Origin: an uncultured Actinomycetes bacterium
GTDB lineage: Bacteria > Actinomycetota > Actinomycetes > Streptosporangiales > Streptosporangiaceae
Reading direction: 5' to 3'
Assembly: GCA_963813395.1 (NCBI GenBank)
Contig: CAWEYV010000007.1
Location: 235,625 to 299,624, forward strand
DNA length: 64,000 nt
Positions 23,310 through 32,696 of this stretch are shown one piece after another. A model generated the notes under the pieces. The model searched no databases. It had not been told where the DNA came from and saw only the letters and a program-made list of their open reading frames with translations. Each line of letters begins with the position of its first letter. Positions within the stretch are counted from its first letter, which is position 1. Position numbers and translations under genes: made by a program.

Positions 23310-23321
23310 AAACGAGCGGGG

Positions 23322-23705
23322 TCAGGCTGCGGCGGTGTCGGCGATCGGCTCCGGCAGGGCGCCCTTGGCCACCTCCACCAGCGCGGAGAAGGCAGCGGGG
23401 TCGGCCACGGCGAGTTCGGCGAGCATGCGCCGGTCCACCTCGACGCCCGCGGCCTTCAGGCCCTGCACGAACCGGTTATAGGTGATGCCATCCGCGCGTG
23501 CGGCGGCGTTGATGCGCTGGATCCACAGCCGGCGGAACGAGCCTTTGCGGTCCTTGCGGCCTGCGTAGGCGTACGTCATCGAGTGGAGCATCTGCTCCTT
23601 GGCCTTGCGGTACATCCGCGACCGCTGGCCGCGGTACCCGCTCGCCCGCTCGAGTACCACCCGGCGCTTCTTGTGGGCGTTGACCGCCCGCTTCACGCGT
23701 GCCAT
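23322..23705 (-). CDS. rplT: 50S ribosomal protein L20
   Basis: The 127-aa protein starts [38 protein letters not shown] and contains [13 protein letters not shown]. Confidence 0.98.
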   Translation of the reverse strand: MARVKRAVNAHKKRRVVLERASGYRGQRSRMYRKAKEQMLHSMTYAYAGRKDRKGSFRRLWIQRINAAARADGITYNRFVQGLKAAGVEVDRRMLAELAVADPAAFSALVEVAKGALPEPIADTAAA

Positions 23706-23732
23706 TTCTTGACTCCCTGGAGGCGGGCTGGG

Positions 23733-23927
23733 CTACTTCGCCAGCAACTTCTTGATCTTCTTGACGTCCGCCTGGGCGACCGTCACATCCCCAGCCAGCC
23801 GCCGGGTGACCCGCGACGACTTGTGCTCGAACAGGTGCCTGCGGTTTGCGCGACGGCGCAACACCTTTCCGGAACCAGTCAGCCGGAACCGCTTACGTGC
23901 TCCGCTGTGCGTCTTCATCTTGGGCAT
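23733..23927 (-). CDS. rpmI: 50S ribosomal protein L35
   Basis: [44 protein letters not shown], 64 aa from ATG 23927. The track ORF extends further upstream, but that extension shows no homology. Confidence 0.97.
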   Translation of the reverse strand: MPKMKTHSGARKRFRLTGSGKVLRRRANRRHLFEHKSSRVTRRLAGDVTVAQADVKKIKKLLAK

Positions 23928-24064
23928 GCTGCCGTCGTCTCCATCTCGTACGCGCCTGGCGGCGCGGCTTCTCCTGCACGCCACCCGGCGGGATCTCCGC
24001 ATGTGGCACGTTGCCGTGCATCCACTTCGGGGTCTAGCCACTATGGGCAGGGCAAGGACCCCTC

Positions 24065-25252
24065 TCAAACCCGGCCCTCCGCCCAGTGGGCGAGGAGCCG
24101 TGCTACGCCGGGCCAGCTAGGGCTGGCTGAGCCGTCGTCGCCAGCCTCCGGGGCAGCGGCCCGGCTAGCGGCAGGCTGGGCCTGCGCCGCCAGTTGTGCC
24201 TCCGGCCTTGGCCGGGCTGGTGGCCTCGGGCGCGCTTCCGGCCTCGGCCGCGCTTCCGGCTTGGGCGCCTCCGGCTTCGGCCGGGCCTGCGCCCCTGGCC
24301 TTGGTCCCGGCTTCGGCCCTGGCCTGGGCCCCGGCTTCGGCGCAGCTACCGGTGCCGGCTCTGCCGCCGCCGCTGGCTGTGCCTCCGGCGGCGTTGGCCT
24401 GTGCCGCCGCCGCTGGCCGTGCCGCTGGCGCTGGCCGAGCCGCCGCCGTGGCCGAGCTCCGCGCTGGCCGTGCCGCCGCCGCTGGCTGAGCCTCCGGTGC
24501 TGGCTGGCCTTCGGCACCGACTGGGCCTCCGGTGCTGGCTGAGCCGTCGGCACCGACTGGGCCTCCGGCGCTGGCTGGGTTTCCGCTGCTGGCTGGGCAA
24601 TATCCGCTGACTGCGGCGAGGCGGCGGGCTGATCGTCGGCGGCCACGTCGTGCGAGGCCGCATCCGCCGCCCGCGCCCGTGACACAGGGCGCTCGGCCTG
24701 ATGAGACTCGCGTGTCGCTCGCTCGGCGCGTGCCTCGCTCTTCCTTCGGTGCGGGCCGATCACCATGATCATGTTGCGCCCGTCCTGCCTGGGCTGTGAC
24801 TCGACGAAGCCGAGTTCCTCGACATCGCCGGCCAGGCGCTGCAGCAACCGGAACCCAAGCTCGGGCCGGGACTGCTCGCGCCCACGGAACATGATCGTCA
24901 CCTTGACCTTGTCCCCCGCCCGCAGGAACCGCTCGACGTGGCTCTTCTTGGTGCCGTAGTCGTGCGGGTCAATCTTGGGCCGGAGCTTGATCTCCTTGAT
25001 GATCGTCTGCGCCTGGTTCTTGCGAGATTCCCTGGCCTTGAGCGCGGACTCGTACTTGAACTTGCCGTAGTCCATGAGCTTGCAGACCGGCGGCCGCGCC
25101 GTGGGCGCCACCTCGACCAGGTCGAGATCGGCTTCCTGGGCCAGCCGGAGCGCATCGGTAACACTGACGATCCCTACCTGCTCGCCGTTCGGACCGACGA
25201 GTCGGACCTCTGGGACCCGGATGCGCTCGTTAATACGGGGTTCGACGCTGAT
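24065..25252 (-). CDS. infC: translation initiation factor IF-3 with a non-canonical ATC start and a ~224-aa low-complexity C-terminal extension
   Basis: The minus strand reads AAGGAGG-TCAC-ATC AGC GTC GAA..., giving [29 protein letters not shown]...[11 protein letters not shown]...[17 protein letters not shown]...[12 protein letters not shown]. The core ends near 24739. The same frame then continues through Ala/Pro/Gln-rich repeats to the stop at 24065. Confidence 0.85.
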   Translation of the reverse strand: MSVEPRINERIRVPEVRLVGPNGEQVGIVSVTDALRLAQEADLDLVEVAPTARPPVCKLMDYGKFKYESALKARESRKNQAQTIIKEIKLRPKIDPHDYGTKKSHVERFLRAGDKVKVTIMFRGREQSRPELGFRLLQRLAGDVEELGFVESQPRQDGRNMIMVIGPHRRKSEARAERATRESHQAERPVSRARAADAASHDVAADDQPAASPQSADIAQPAAETQPAPEAQSVPTAQPAPEAQSVPKASQHRRLSQRRRHGQRGARPRRRLGQRQRHGQRRRHRPTPPEAQPAAAAEPAPVAAPKPGPRPGPKPGPRPGAQARPKPEAPKPEARPRPEARPRPPARPRPEAQLAAQAQPAASRAAAPEAGDDGSASPSWPGVARLLAHWAEGRV

Positions 25253-25758
25253 GTGACCTCCTTGGCTTTTCCCTTCATCCGCCCCTGTACCCATCGGGGA
25301 CGGCCGACCACCCGTATGAGTTCCCCTTGCCTGTTGGCTCACCGCCAGATACGCAAAAGGCCCCGCACGCCGCGCATGCGGAGCCCACCCCTTCCGTGTC
25401 TCCGTGCCCGGCCGCGTAGGCCAGGCGCAGATGCCACGGTCCCGCAACGCCGCGACCCCGGTCGCACGCATTACGCGTGCACCGGCACCGCCGCGTCCGG
25501 CCCGCCCGCCGGTTCCCCGGCAGGCCTACCCGCCGGTGAGGGGCCCGCCAGGTGGGAGGTGGTCCTCCGCTTGTACGCCAGCACCAATGTGCAAGGCTGG
25601 TCGTCAGGCAAGATTAACAGCAATTTCGCCTGCCCAGGTATTCCACAACCGTGAGGCCGCCCTACCCGGCCCGCCAATCCGCCCGCCGCCCCACCGGACT
25701 GCCCCCCGTCGGCCCCCGGCTCCGCCGGATTGTCATGGTTGCGGCAACCAGCACACAA

Positions 25759-25789
25759 GTTTGTCGTGGTTGTGACAGCCACGACAAAC
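25759..25789 (-). terminator. 11-bp perfect stem-loop 24 nt downstream of the aroE stop
   Basis: GTTTGTCGTGG (25759-69) pairs with CCACGACAAAC (25779-89), with a 9-nt loop. On the transcribed strand it is followed by TTGTGTGCTGGTT. Confidence 0.6.
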
Positions 25790-25812
25790 GATGCCGGGAT
25801 CAAGCGTCGCGG

Positions 25813-26773
25813 TCAGGTGCGGAGGGCGGCCAGGCCGGCGGTGCGCATTGCCCCGACCGGTGCCTGCTTCCCGGTCATCAGCGCGACCTGGCCGGCGGCC
25901 TGGTGCAGGAGCATGGGGAAACCGCCCGCCACGATCACCCCGGCGCGCTCGCGCCGCGGTCGCGAGCGCGGTGGGCCACGGATGGTAGACCACGTCCAGC
26001 AGGTGCCTGGGAAGCAAGTCGCCACGGTCGATGCGTTCGGCAAAGATGTCGGCGGCACCGGCGGGGACGGTCGAAATAAGCAGGTCGGGAGCGGTAACGG
26101 CGGGCTGGTCAAAGCCGGTGAGCGTGACCTCGACGCCGAGCCGTCGCGCGGCAGCCAGTAGGTCCGCCGCCCGGGCGGGATCGCGGACCGCGGCCGTGAC
26201 CGCGATGGCGCCCAGGCCACGGACGGCCGCCAGGGCGGAGCAGGCGGTCGCCCCGCCGCCGAGGATCAGCACGGCGCCGGCCGGGCCCGCCATCCCCGCC
26301 TCGGTCAGTGCGGCGACCATGCCCGGCACGTCGGTGTTGTAGCCGTACCGGTGGCCACCGGCGAACACGACGGTGTTGGCGGCACCGGCGTCACGGGTCA
26401 GCGGATCGACGGCGTCCAGAATCGGCAGCACCGTGCGCTTGAGTGGCATCGTCAGCGACAGCCCGGCCCAGTCCGGGCCGCAACCCTCAAGCAGCGCGGG
26501 CAGGCGGGCCTCGTCGCAGTCGATCGCCTGGTAGGACCAGTCGTTCAGGCCCAGCGCCCGGTACGCCGCCCGGTGCAGGACCGGTGACAGCGAATGCGCA
26601 ATAGGTGAGCCAAGCACCGCAGCTTTCAGTCGCGAGGAGCTTAGTGCACCCGGCAACAGAACTGCTGGGCTCGCGGCGCCCGGGCTGCCCCGGGCGGCGT
26701 TGTCGTCGGTCGCCAGCCAACCAGGCTGGCTCCCTCCTCCGCCTTGCCAGGGATTGCCCGGATCGCCGCTCAC
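25813..26773 (-). pseudogene. aroE: shikimate dehydrogenase, one frame break near the 3' end as assembled
   Basis: ORF 25733..26773 carries AAVLGSPIAHSLSPVLHRAAYRALGL...GLSLTMPLKRTV...ANTVVF...GYNTDVPG...LILGGGATACSA...LLDVVYHPWPTALATAA. The conserved end GVIVAGGFPMLLHQAAGQVALMTGKQAP is in the frame of ORF 25813..26220. The switch is at about 25940-25956. Length is 961 nt = 3n+1. The start (GTG 26773 or a later codon) is uncertain. Confidence 0.87.
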
Positions 26774-26801
26774 TGATCCAGCGTCCTATTACCGGGCACT
26801 C

Positions 26802-29144
26802 TTAGTGGTGCTTGGCGAGGTAGGCGTCCAGCTCCTGCACGTAGATCTGGAACTGGGCGTAGCTGTTGGTGAACTTGGTGAGCCCGGTCTTCGGGTTCAC
26901 CGTCAGGAAGTACAGCCAGTTCCCCTTGGCCGGGTGCAGCGCGGCGTGAATGGCGGCGGCACTGGGGCTGTCGATCGGCCCCGGGGGCAGGCCGGTGTGC
27001 AGGTAGGTGTTGTACGGCGACTTGGTGTGCGTCTGCGGAATCGTGACATCGGAGGCACGGGAGTGCAGCGCGTACAGCACGGTGCTGTCCAGCTGGAGCG
27101 GCATCTTGGCGTTCAGCCGGTTGTAGATCACGCGAGCGATCTTGGCCATGTCACCCGACGACCGCCCCTCAGCCTGGGCGATGCTGGCGACCTTGATGAT
27201 GTCGCCCTCGCTGACCTGATCATGGGCCGCCACCGCAGGCAGGTCGAGGCTCGCCGCTTCCTTGTCGAACCCCTGGACGATCTGCCGGAGCACCTGGACC
27301 GGCGAGGTGCCGGGCTGGACCGTGTAGGTGTTGGGGAACAGGTACCCCTCGGGGTTGCCCTTGGCGTAGGAGGGCAGGCCGAGGGCCGCGGTGTCCTTGA
27401 TCGCCTGCTGGTATCCGGACAGGTTGCCGGTGTCCTTGCCGAGCAGCGCGATGGTCTCGTAGAGCCGCAGCCCGGGGGGAACGAGGAGGTTGACCTGGAC
27501 CCGGGCGGACGACTTGAGCAGCAGGGCGAACGCGAGCGCCGCGCTCATGTGCTTGTGCAGCCGGAAGTAGCCAACCTCGAGAGCGCTGCCGTGACCGCTG
27601 GCCTTGGCGGCGTTGGAGAAGGCCCGGACACTGGCGACGACGCCCAGCTTCACCAGTTCCTGGCCCACCTCGGTGGCCGACTCCCCGGACTTGATCTGGA
27701 CCACGACCGAGCCCGTGCCTGGCCCGGTGTAGTCCGGCGGGTGCAGGTAGGTGCGGTAGAAGTAGTAGCCGACGCCGCCGAGGACCGCTAGCGCCACTAT
27801 CACGACGGACAGGGCGATCCAGGGCGCGGCACGGCGCATGGCGCTCTTGCGCGGCTTGCCTCTTCCGCCGCCCCCGCCGTCGCCGCCGCGAGAGCGGCCG
27901 CCGCCGCCCGCACGGTAGGCACGGTCAGCTACCGGCGTACCCGGCCGGCCGCGCTGGGCGTCCGCGCCGCTGGCGAGCCCGGGCAGGAAGCCGTCGGTGT
28001 ACTCGTCGTCCGGATCGTCCGCGTCGTCCTCGTCGTCGGCCCAGTCCTGCTCGTCATCGTCGTACCAGCCCCCCGGGTCCGCGTACTCGTGATCATCCTC
28101 GTGATCACCGGGGTGGCCGGAGGCGGCGCCGTGCGTGAGCCCGCCGTGGCTGGGCAGGTAATCGTCGCCGTCGTAGCCGGGCTCCTCACCGCCCGGGTAG
28201 CCCGCGTGGTGGTCGCCGGGATAGCCGGGCTCGTAGCCGCCGGGATAATTGGGCTGGCGCGGGAGGCCGTCGTCGTCGCCGTAGTCGTTCCCGGACCGGT
28301 GGCGCTGCTGGGGGAGGTAGCTCTCCTCGGCCCGGTGGCCGGGCTCCGCCGGGTAACCCGGCTCGCCAGCGTAGTCACCGCTGCCGAAGCCGCCGTCCGG
28401 GTAGCCCGGCTCGCCAGCGTAATGATCGTGCTCGTACCCGCCCAGGTCCGCGGCCTGGTCGCCGAAACCGGAACGCCGGTGGCCGGGGTTCGTCCCCGCG
28501 TAGTCCAGGTCTGCTTCCCGGCCGCCGCCGAAGCCAGCCCCCGGCAGGCCGGTGCGAAGGTACGGCGCGTCATCCTGACGGCCCGGGTGCGCATCGCGGC
28601 CGGAGCCAGGGAAACTGGGATGGTCCGGGTCCAGGTAGGAGCCGGGAGGGTAGCTGGAATCCGGGGCGGGCTCGCTGCCATAGCCATGCCGGGGATAGTC
28701 GCCGCCCCGATGGTCACTGCCTGCTGGATCCGGCCAGCTACGCTCGTCGGACGGCAGCGGAGCCAGGGGGTCGGGCGTGCTGCCCGGCCACGAATCCGGC
28801 GACACCCTGGGCAGCGGGCCGGACGACGACACGCGGGGCAGCGGGCCCGAGGGGTGCCCGCCGGTCAGCCCCCCGGGGCGGGGACTGCGCCGGATGGGCT
28901 GCGAGTCATCCCAGCCGGGCTGCTCCCATGGCGGGCCGGTTACCTCTCCCGGCCCGGTGTCCTGGCTGGATGTGCCGAGCGCACCATGCGTGGGCCGGTG
29001 CGCCCGCCGCGCCTGGTCGTCCCGGGATGCCGGGAGGTACTGCCGGGCGGCATCGGGCTGGCGGGGCGCGTTCTGGTAGTCCCCGGCACGCCAGGGCGCA
29101 TCCTCTTCTTCCCCGTCCGGATCTCCCCTGCGGTGGCGCGTCAT
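26802..29144 (-). CDS. mltG: endolytic murein transglycosylase MltG (YceG-like) with a ~440-aa disordered N-terminal extension
   Basis: The C-terminal ~330 aa form a TM helix (WIALSVVIVALAVLGGVGYYFY) followed by a YceG domain (GYFRLHKHMSA...EGYLFPNTYTV...ASIAQAEG...IARVIYNRLN...LQLDSTVLYAL...SPYNTYLHTGLPPGPIDSP). The N-terminus is rich in G/P/Y/D/E with GEPGYP-type repeats. Confidence 0.92.
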   Translation of the reverse strand: MTRHRRGDPDGEEEDAPWRAGDYQNAPRQPDAARQYLPASRDDQARRAHRPTHGALGTSSQDTGPGEVTGPPWEQPGWDDSQPIRRSPRPGGLTGGHPSGPLPRVSSSGPLPRVSPDSWPGSTPDPLAPLPSDERSWPDPAGSDHRGGDYPRHGYGSEPAPDSSYPPGSYLDPDHPSFPGSGRDAHPGRQDDAPYLRTGLPGAGFGGGREADLDYAGTNPGHRRSGFGDQAADLGGYEHDHYAGEPGYPDGGFGSGDYAGEPGYPAEPGHRAEESYLPQQRHRSGNDYGDDDGLPRQPNYPGGYEPGYPGDHHAGYPGGEEPGYDGDDYLPSHGGLTHGAASGHPGDHEDDHEYADPGGWYDDDEQDWADDEDDADDPDDEYTDGFLPGLASGADAQRGRPGTPVADRAYRAGGGGRSRGGDGGGGGRGKPRKSAMRRAAPWIALSVVIVALAVLGGVGYYFYRTYLHPPDYTGPGTGSVVVQIKSGESATEVGQELVKLGVVASVRAFSNAAKASGHGSALEVGYFRLHKHMSAALAFALLLKSSARVQVNLLVPPGLRLYETIALLGKDTGNLSGYQQAIKDTAALGLPSYAKGNPEGYLFPNTYTVQPGTSPVQVLRQIVQGFDKEAASLDLPAVAAHDQVSEGDIIKVASIAQAEGRSSGDMAKIARVIYNRLNAKMPLQLDSTVLYALHSRASDVTIPQTHTKSPYNTYLHTGLPPGPIDSPSAAAIHAALHPAKGNWLYFLTVNPKTGLTKFTNSYAQFQIYVQELDAYLAKHH

Positions 29145-29611
29145 TCCCCGGCTCCGCGGGCTGACCCCACAAGCTCACCGGCGGGCCGGCCCGTGGACCG
29201 TTCCGCGTCGAGCGCCCCCTGCAGGATCAATGCCGCGGCCGCCTTATCCACGGTCGGACGGCGCTCCCGCGACCCGCGCCCCCCCTGGCGCAGCACGTCG
29301 TGTGCGATCACGGTGGTGAAGCGTTCGTCCACCAGCCGCACAGGAACGGGTGCCAGCCGGGCGGCGAGCGACCCAGCGAATGCACGGGCAGCGGCTGCAG
29401 CGCCGCCCTCGTGCCCGGACAGGCTGGTCGGCAGCCCGACAATCACCTCGATGGGATCGTGCGTGGCGGCCAGAGCAGCCAGCTCATCGAGGTCGCCCCG
29501 GCCACGAGCGATGGTGGCAAGCGGAGTAGCCAGCAGCCCGCTGGGATCGCAGCGGGCCACGCCGACCCGGGTCGACCCTAGGTCAACCGCAAGCCGGACA
29601 CCGGTTCTCAC
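29141..29611 (-). CDS. ruvX: Holliday junction resolvase-like protein RuvX (YqgF)
   Basis: VRTGVRLAVDLGSTRVGVARCDPSGLLATPL...IEVIVGLPTSLSGHEGGAA...VRLVDERFTT. The likely start is GTG 29611 (the track ORF starts at 29665). The stop overlaps the mltG ATG (ATGA). Confidence 0.88.
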   Translation of the reverse strand: MRTGVRLAVDLGSTRVGVARCDPSGLLATPLATIARGRGDLDELAALAATHDPIEVIVGLPTSLSGHEGGAAAAARAFAGSLAARLAPVPVRLVDERFTTVIAHDVLRQGGRGSRERRPTVDKAAAALILQGALDAERSTGRPAGELVGSARGAGE

Positions 29612-29669
29612 ACACCTGCTCCGCGTGGTCTTAGCCTCACCAACTCGGCAGTAGGGCTGCAGCACGATC

Positions 29670-32434
29670 TCAAGCTACGCCACCATGTCCTGCGATGTCT
29701 CTCACAACCGCACGTACTGCATTAAATGCCTCGTCAACCGCTGCCGACGCTCTGTCACCAAGCGGCGCACCGCCACCTTGCGCGACGTCATCCCTGCCGC
29801 CGCCACCGCCGCCCAGCTGACGTGCGGCGGTCTTGACCAGGCGCCGGCCGCCAGGCCGAGCTGACGGGCCGGTTCACTGACCGCGACGACCACGGTCGGG
29901 CGGTCCGCCGGCACGCCTGCCACCACTACCACAGCCGGCCGCTCCGCGGGCAGCCGCCCGCGTACGTCGAGCGCGAGCGTACGGACTCCGTCGGCGCTGG
30001 TTCCGTCGGGCACGCGGTGCGCGACGAACAGGACCCCGCCGATGTCTTCCGCGCCGCTGGCCAGGTCGCCGCTGGCGCCCAGCAACTGGGCCGACCGCAG
30101 CCGGTCCAGTTCCCGCTCGGCCTCGCGGACCCTGGCGACCAGGGCGGAGACCCGCTCGGGAAGCTCCTCACGGCGCGCCTTGAGCTGCTCGGAAAGCTGG
30201 CTCACCAGCACGCTCTCGGTGGCGAGGAACCGGAAGGCGTCGGTACCGACCAGCGCCTCCACCCGGCGGACGCCGGATCCGATGGACGACTCCCCGAGCA
30301 GTTTGACCAGCCCTAGCTGGCCCGAGCGCACCACATGGGTGCCGCCGCACAGCTCACGGGAGTAGTCCCCGACCTCGACCACCCTGACCTCATCGCCGTA
30401 CTTCTCGCCGAACAGCGCCAGTGCACCCATCGCCCGCGCCTCCTCCAGGGGGGCGATGTAGGCGCGCACCGCGAGGTCGTTGATGAGCACGTCGTTGACT
30501 TCCTCCTCCACCTCGCGCAGCACCGGAGGGGGCACGGCACCGGTGGCGGTGAAGTCAAGCCGGAGCCGCCCGGGCGCGTTCTCCGAGCCCGCCTGGGCTG
30601 CCGACTCGCCGAGCGCGCCGCGAATCGCGCGGTGGATGAGGTGGGTGGCGGTGTGTGACCGGGACACCGCACGGCGCCGGTCTTCGTCGATCTCCGCGTA
30701 GGCAGGCGCCCCGGCCTCGACCTCTCCCTCGGTCACCACCCCGCGGTGGACGATCAGCCCGGGAACCGGGGACTGAACGTCGCGCACCTCGATCTGGCCG
30801 CCCGCGGCGCCGGTCGCCCCCGCCACCCGGATCACGCCGGCGTCGGCGAGCTGGCCGCCGCCCTCGGCGTAGAAGGGTGTCCGGTCGAGCACGACCTCTA
30901 CCTCGCTGCCCGTCCCGGCGGCCGGTACCGGGGCGCCGTTCACCAGTAGCCCGATGATGGTCGCGTCCCCCGTCGTCTGCTCGTACCCGGTGAAGGTCAC
31001 CTTCCCGGACCGTTCGAGCAGGTCGGTGAACACCGAGATGTCGGCGTTGCCGGTCTTCTTCGCCTGCGAGTCGTCCTTGGCGCGGCGGCGCTGCTCCGCC
31101 ATGAGCCGCCGGAAGCCCTCCTCGTCGACGGTCAGCCCTTGCTCGCTGGCCATCTCCAAGGTCAGGTCGATGGGGAACCCGTAGGTGTCGTGCAGCTGGA
31201 ACGCCTGGTCCCCGCTCAGGGTCGCGGCGCCGCGGCGCTTGACCTCGCCAACCGCCGCGTCGAAGATCGCCGAGCCGGTGCGGAGCGTCGCCGCGAACGC
31301 GGCCTCCTCGGCGTCGATCACCGCGCTGATCCGGGGCGCTTCGGTGTGCAGTTCGGGGAACTGCGCCCCCATTGCGCTGACCGCGGTGGCGGTGAGCTCG
31401 TGCAGGTACCGCTCGTCCTCGGTACCGCGCCGGGACGGGACGCCGCCCCCGCCGCCGCGCTGCCCACCGGACAGCAGCCGCAGGTTGCGGATGCTGCGCC
31501 GGAGGATCCGCCGCAGTACGTAACCACGCGCCTCGTTGCTGGGCAGCACGCCGTCGGCGACCAGCATGACCGCGCTGCGGACATGGTCGGCGACGACCCG
31601 CAGCGCCACGTCGGTGCGGTGGTCGGTGCCGTACTTCTGCTCGGTCAGTTCGGCGGCGCGGTCGAGGATCTTCCAGGTGGTGTCGATCTCGTAGATGTTG
31701 TCCACGCCCTGCAGCAGCGCGGCCATCCGCTCCAGGCCCATGCCGGTATCGACGTTGCGGAACGGCAGCGGGCCCTCAACGTCGAAGTCGTCCTTGGCCC
31801 GGACCGCGCTGAGCGAGTCCTGCATGAAGACGAGGTTCCAGATCTCCAGGTAGCGATCCTCGTCGGCTTCGGGCCCGCCCTCGCGGCCGTACTCCGGGCC
31901 GCGGTCGTAGTAGATCTCCGAGCAGGGCCCGCCCGGGCCGGGCACGCCCATGTGCCAGTAGTTGTCCTTCAGCCCCCGGTGCTGGATGCGGCTGACCGGC
32001 AGGCCGATCTCGTCCCGCCAGATCGCGTAGGCCTCATCGTCGTTGGTCAGTACGGTCGCCCACAGGCGGTCCTCCGGGAAGCCGAACCCGCCATCCGCCT
32101 CTGACCTGGTCAGCAGCTCCCAGGCGTAAGGGATCGCCTTCTCCTTGAAGTAGTCGCCAAAAGACCAGTTGCCGAGCATCTGGAAGAACGTGGCGTGCCT
32201 CGTGGTCTTGCCGACCTCTTCGATGTCCAGGGTGCGGACGCACTTCTGCGCATCGGCCGCCCGCTTGAACGGCGGTGTCTGCTGGCCGAGCAGGTACGGC
32301 TTGAACGGCTGCATCCCGGCGACGACGAACAGCAGCGTGGGATCGTCGGCGACAAGGCTGGCCGAGGGCACGATGGTGTGCTCTAGCTGCTCGAAATAGG
32401 TCAGGAAACGGCGGACGATCTCTGCCGACTCCAT
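29670..32434 (-). pseudogene. alaS: alanine--tRNA ligase, one frame break ~165 nt before the true stop as assembled (probably a sequence error)
   Basis: The 910-aa ORF is AlaRS throughout ([38 protein letters not shown], the editing-domain HTATHLIH...CGGTHV). Its last ~45 aa ([21 protein letters not shown]...) are non-homologous. Shifting frame at 29835-29843 restores [26 protein letters not shown]...[13 protein letters not shown] with a stop at 29670. Length is 2765 nt = 3n+2. Confidence 0.92.
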
Positions 32435-32696
32435 CAGCGGCCATCCTTCAGTTCGTCGTTACGGGAGGGGGCACGCCCGAGGCTGCGCCTGGCGTGACCT
32501 TCGAGGGTAGTGGGTGCGCGGGCGGACTGCCGGTCCATGTAGAGCGCCATGCCTTCGCGCACGTCCGCGGCGAAACCGGTCAGGCTCCCCGGCCGTGGCC
32601 CGGGCCGCAGCGAGCGGACAAGGGCAGTTGCCCGGCGGTACCCGGTCACCCCGAGGACGGCGCCGAGTACGAGAGCCAGAACAGCCGCCGGATCAC
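32434..32696 (-). pseudogene. small membrane protein (DUF6167-like), probable frame break right after the start
   Basis: GTG 32696 overlaps the TGA of the upstream gene (GTGA) and reads VIRRLFW. The hydrophobic continuation ALVLGAVLGVTGYRRATALVRSLRPG...FAADVREGMALYMDRQ is in the frame of ORF 32434..32949. The switch is near 32670-32680. Length is 263 nt = 3n+2. The family assignment is from memory of the N-terminal pattern only. Confidence 0.55.

Noticed and set aside
25253-25758. About 500-nt untranslated region upstream of infC, examined for a tRNA, a riboswitch or an L20-type leader.
   Set aside because: No cloverleaf or known leader signature was recognisable by eye. Only scattered small G/C hairpins are present. 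A structured leader is possible, but I cannot support it without a covariance-model scan (cmscan against Rfam).
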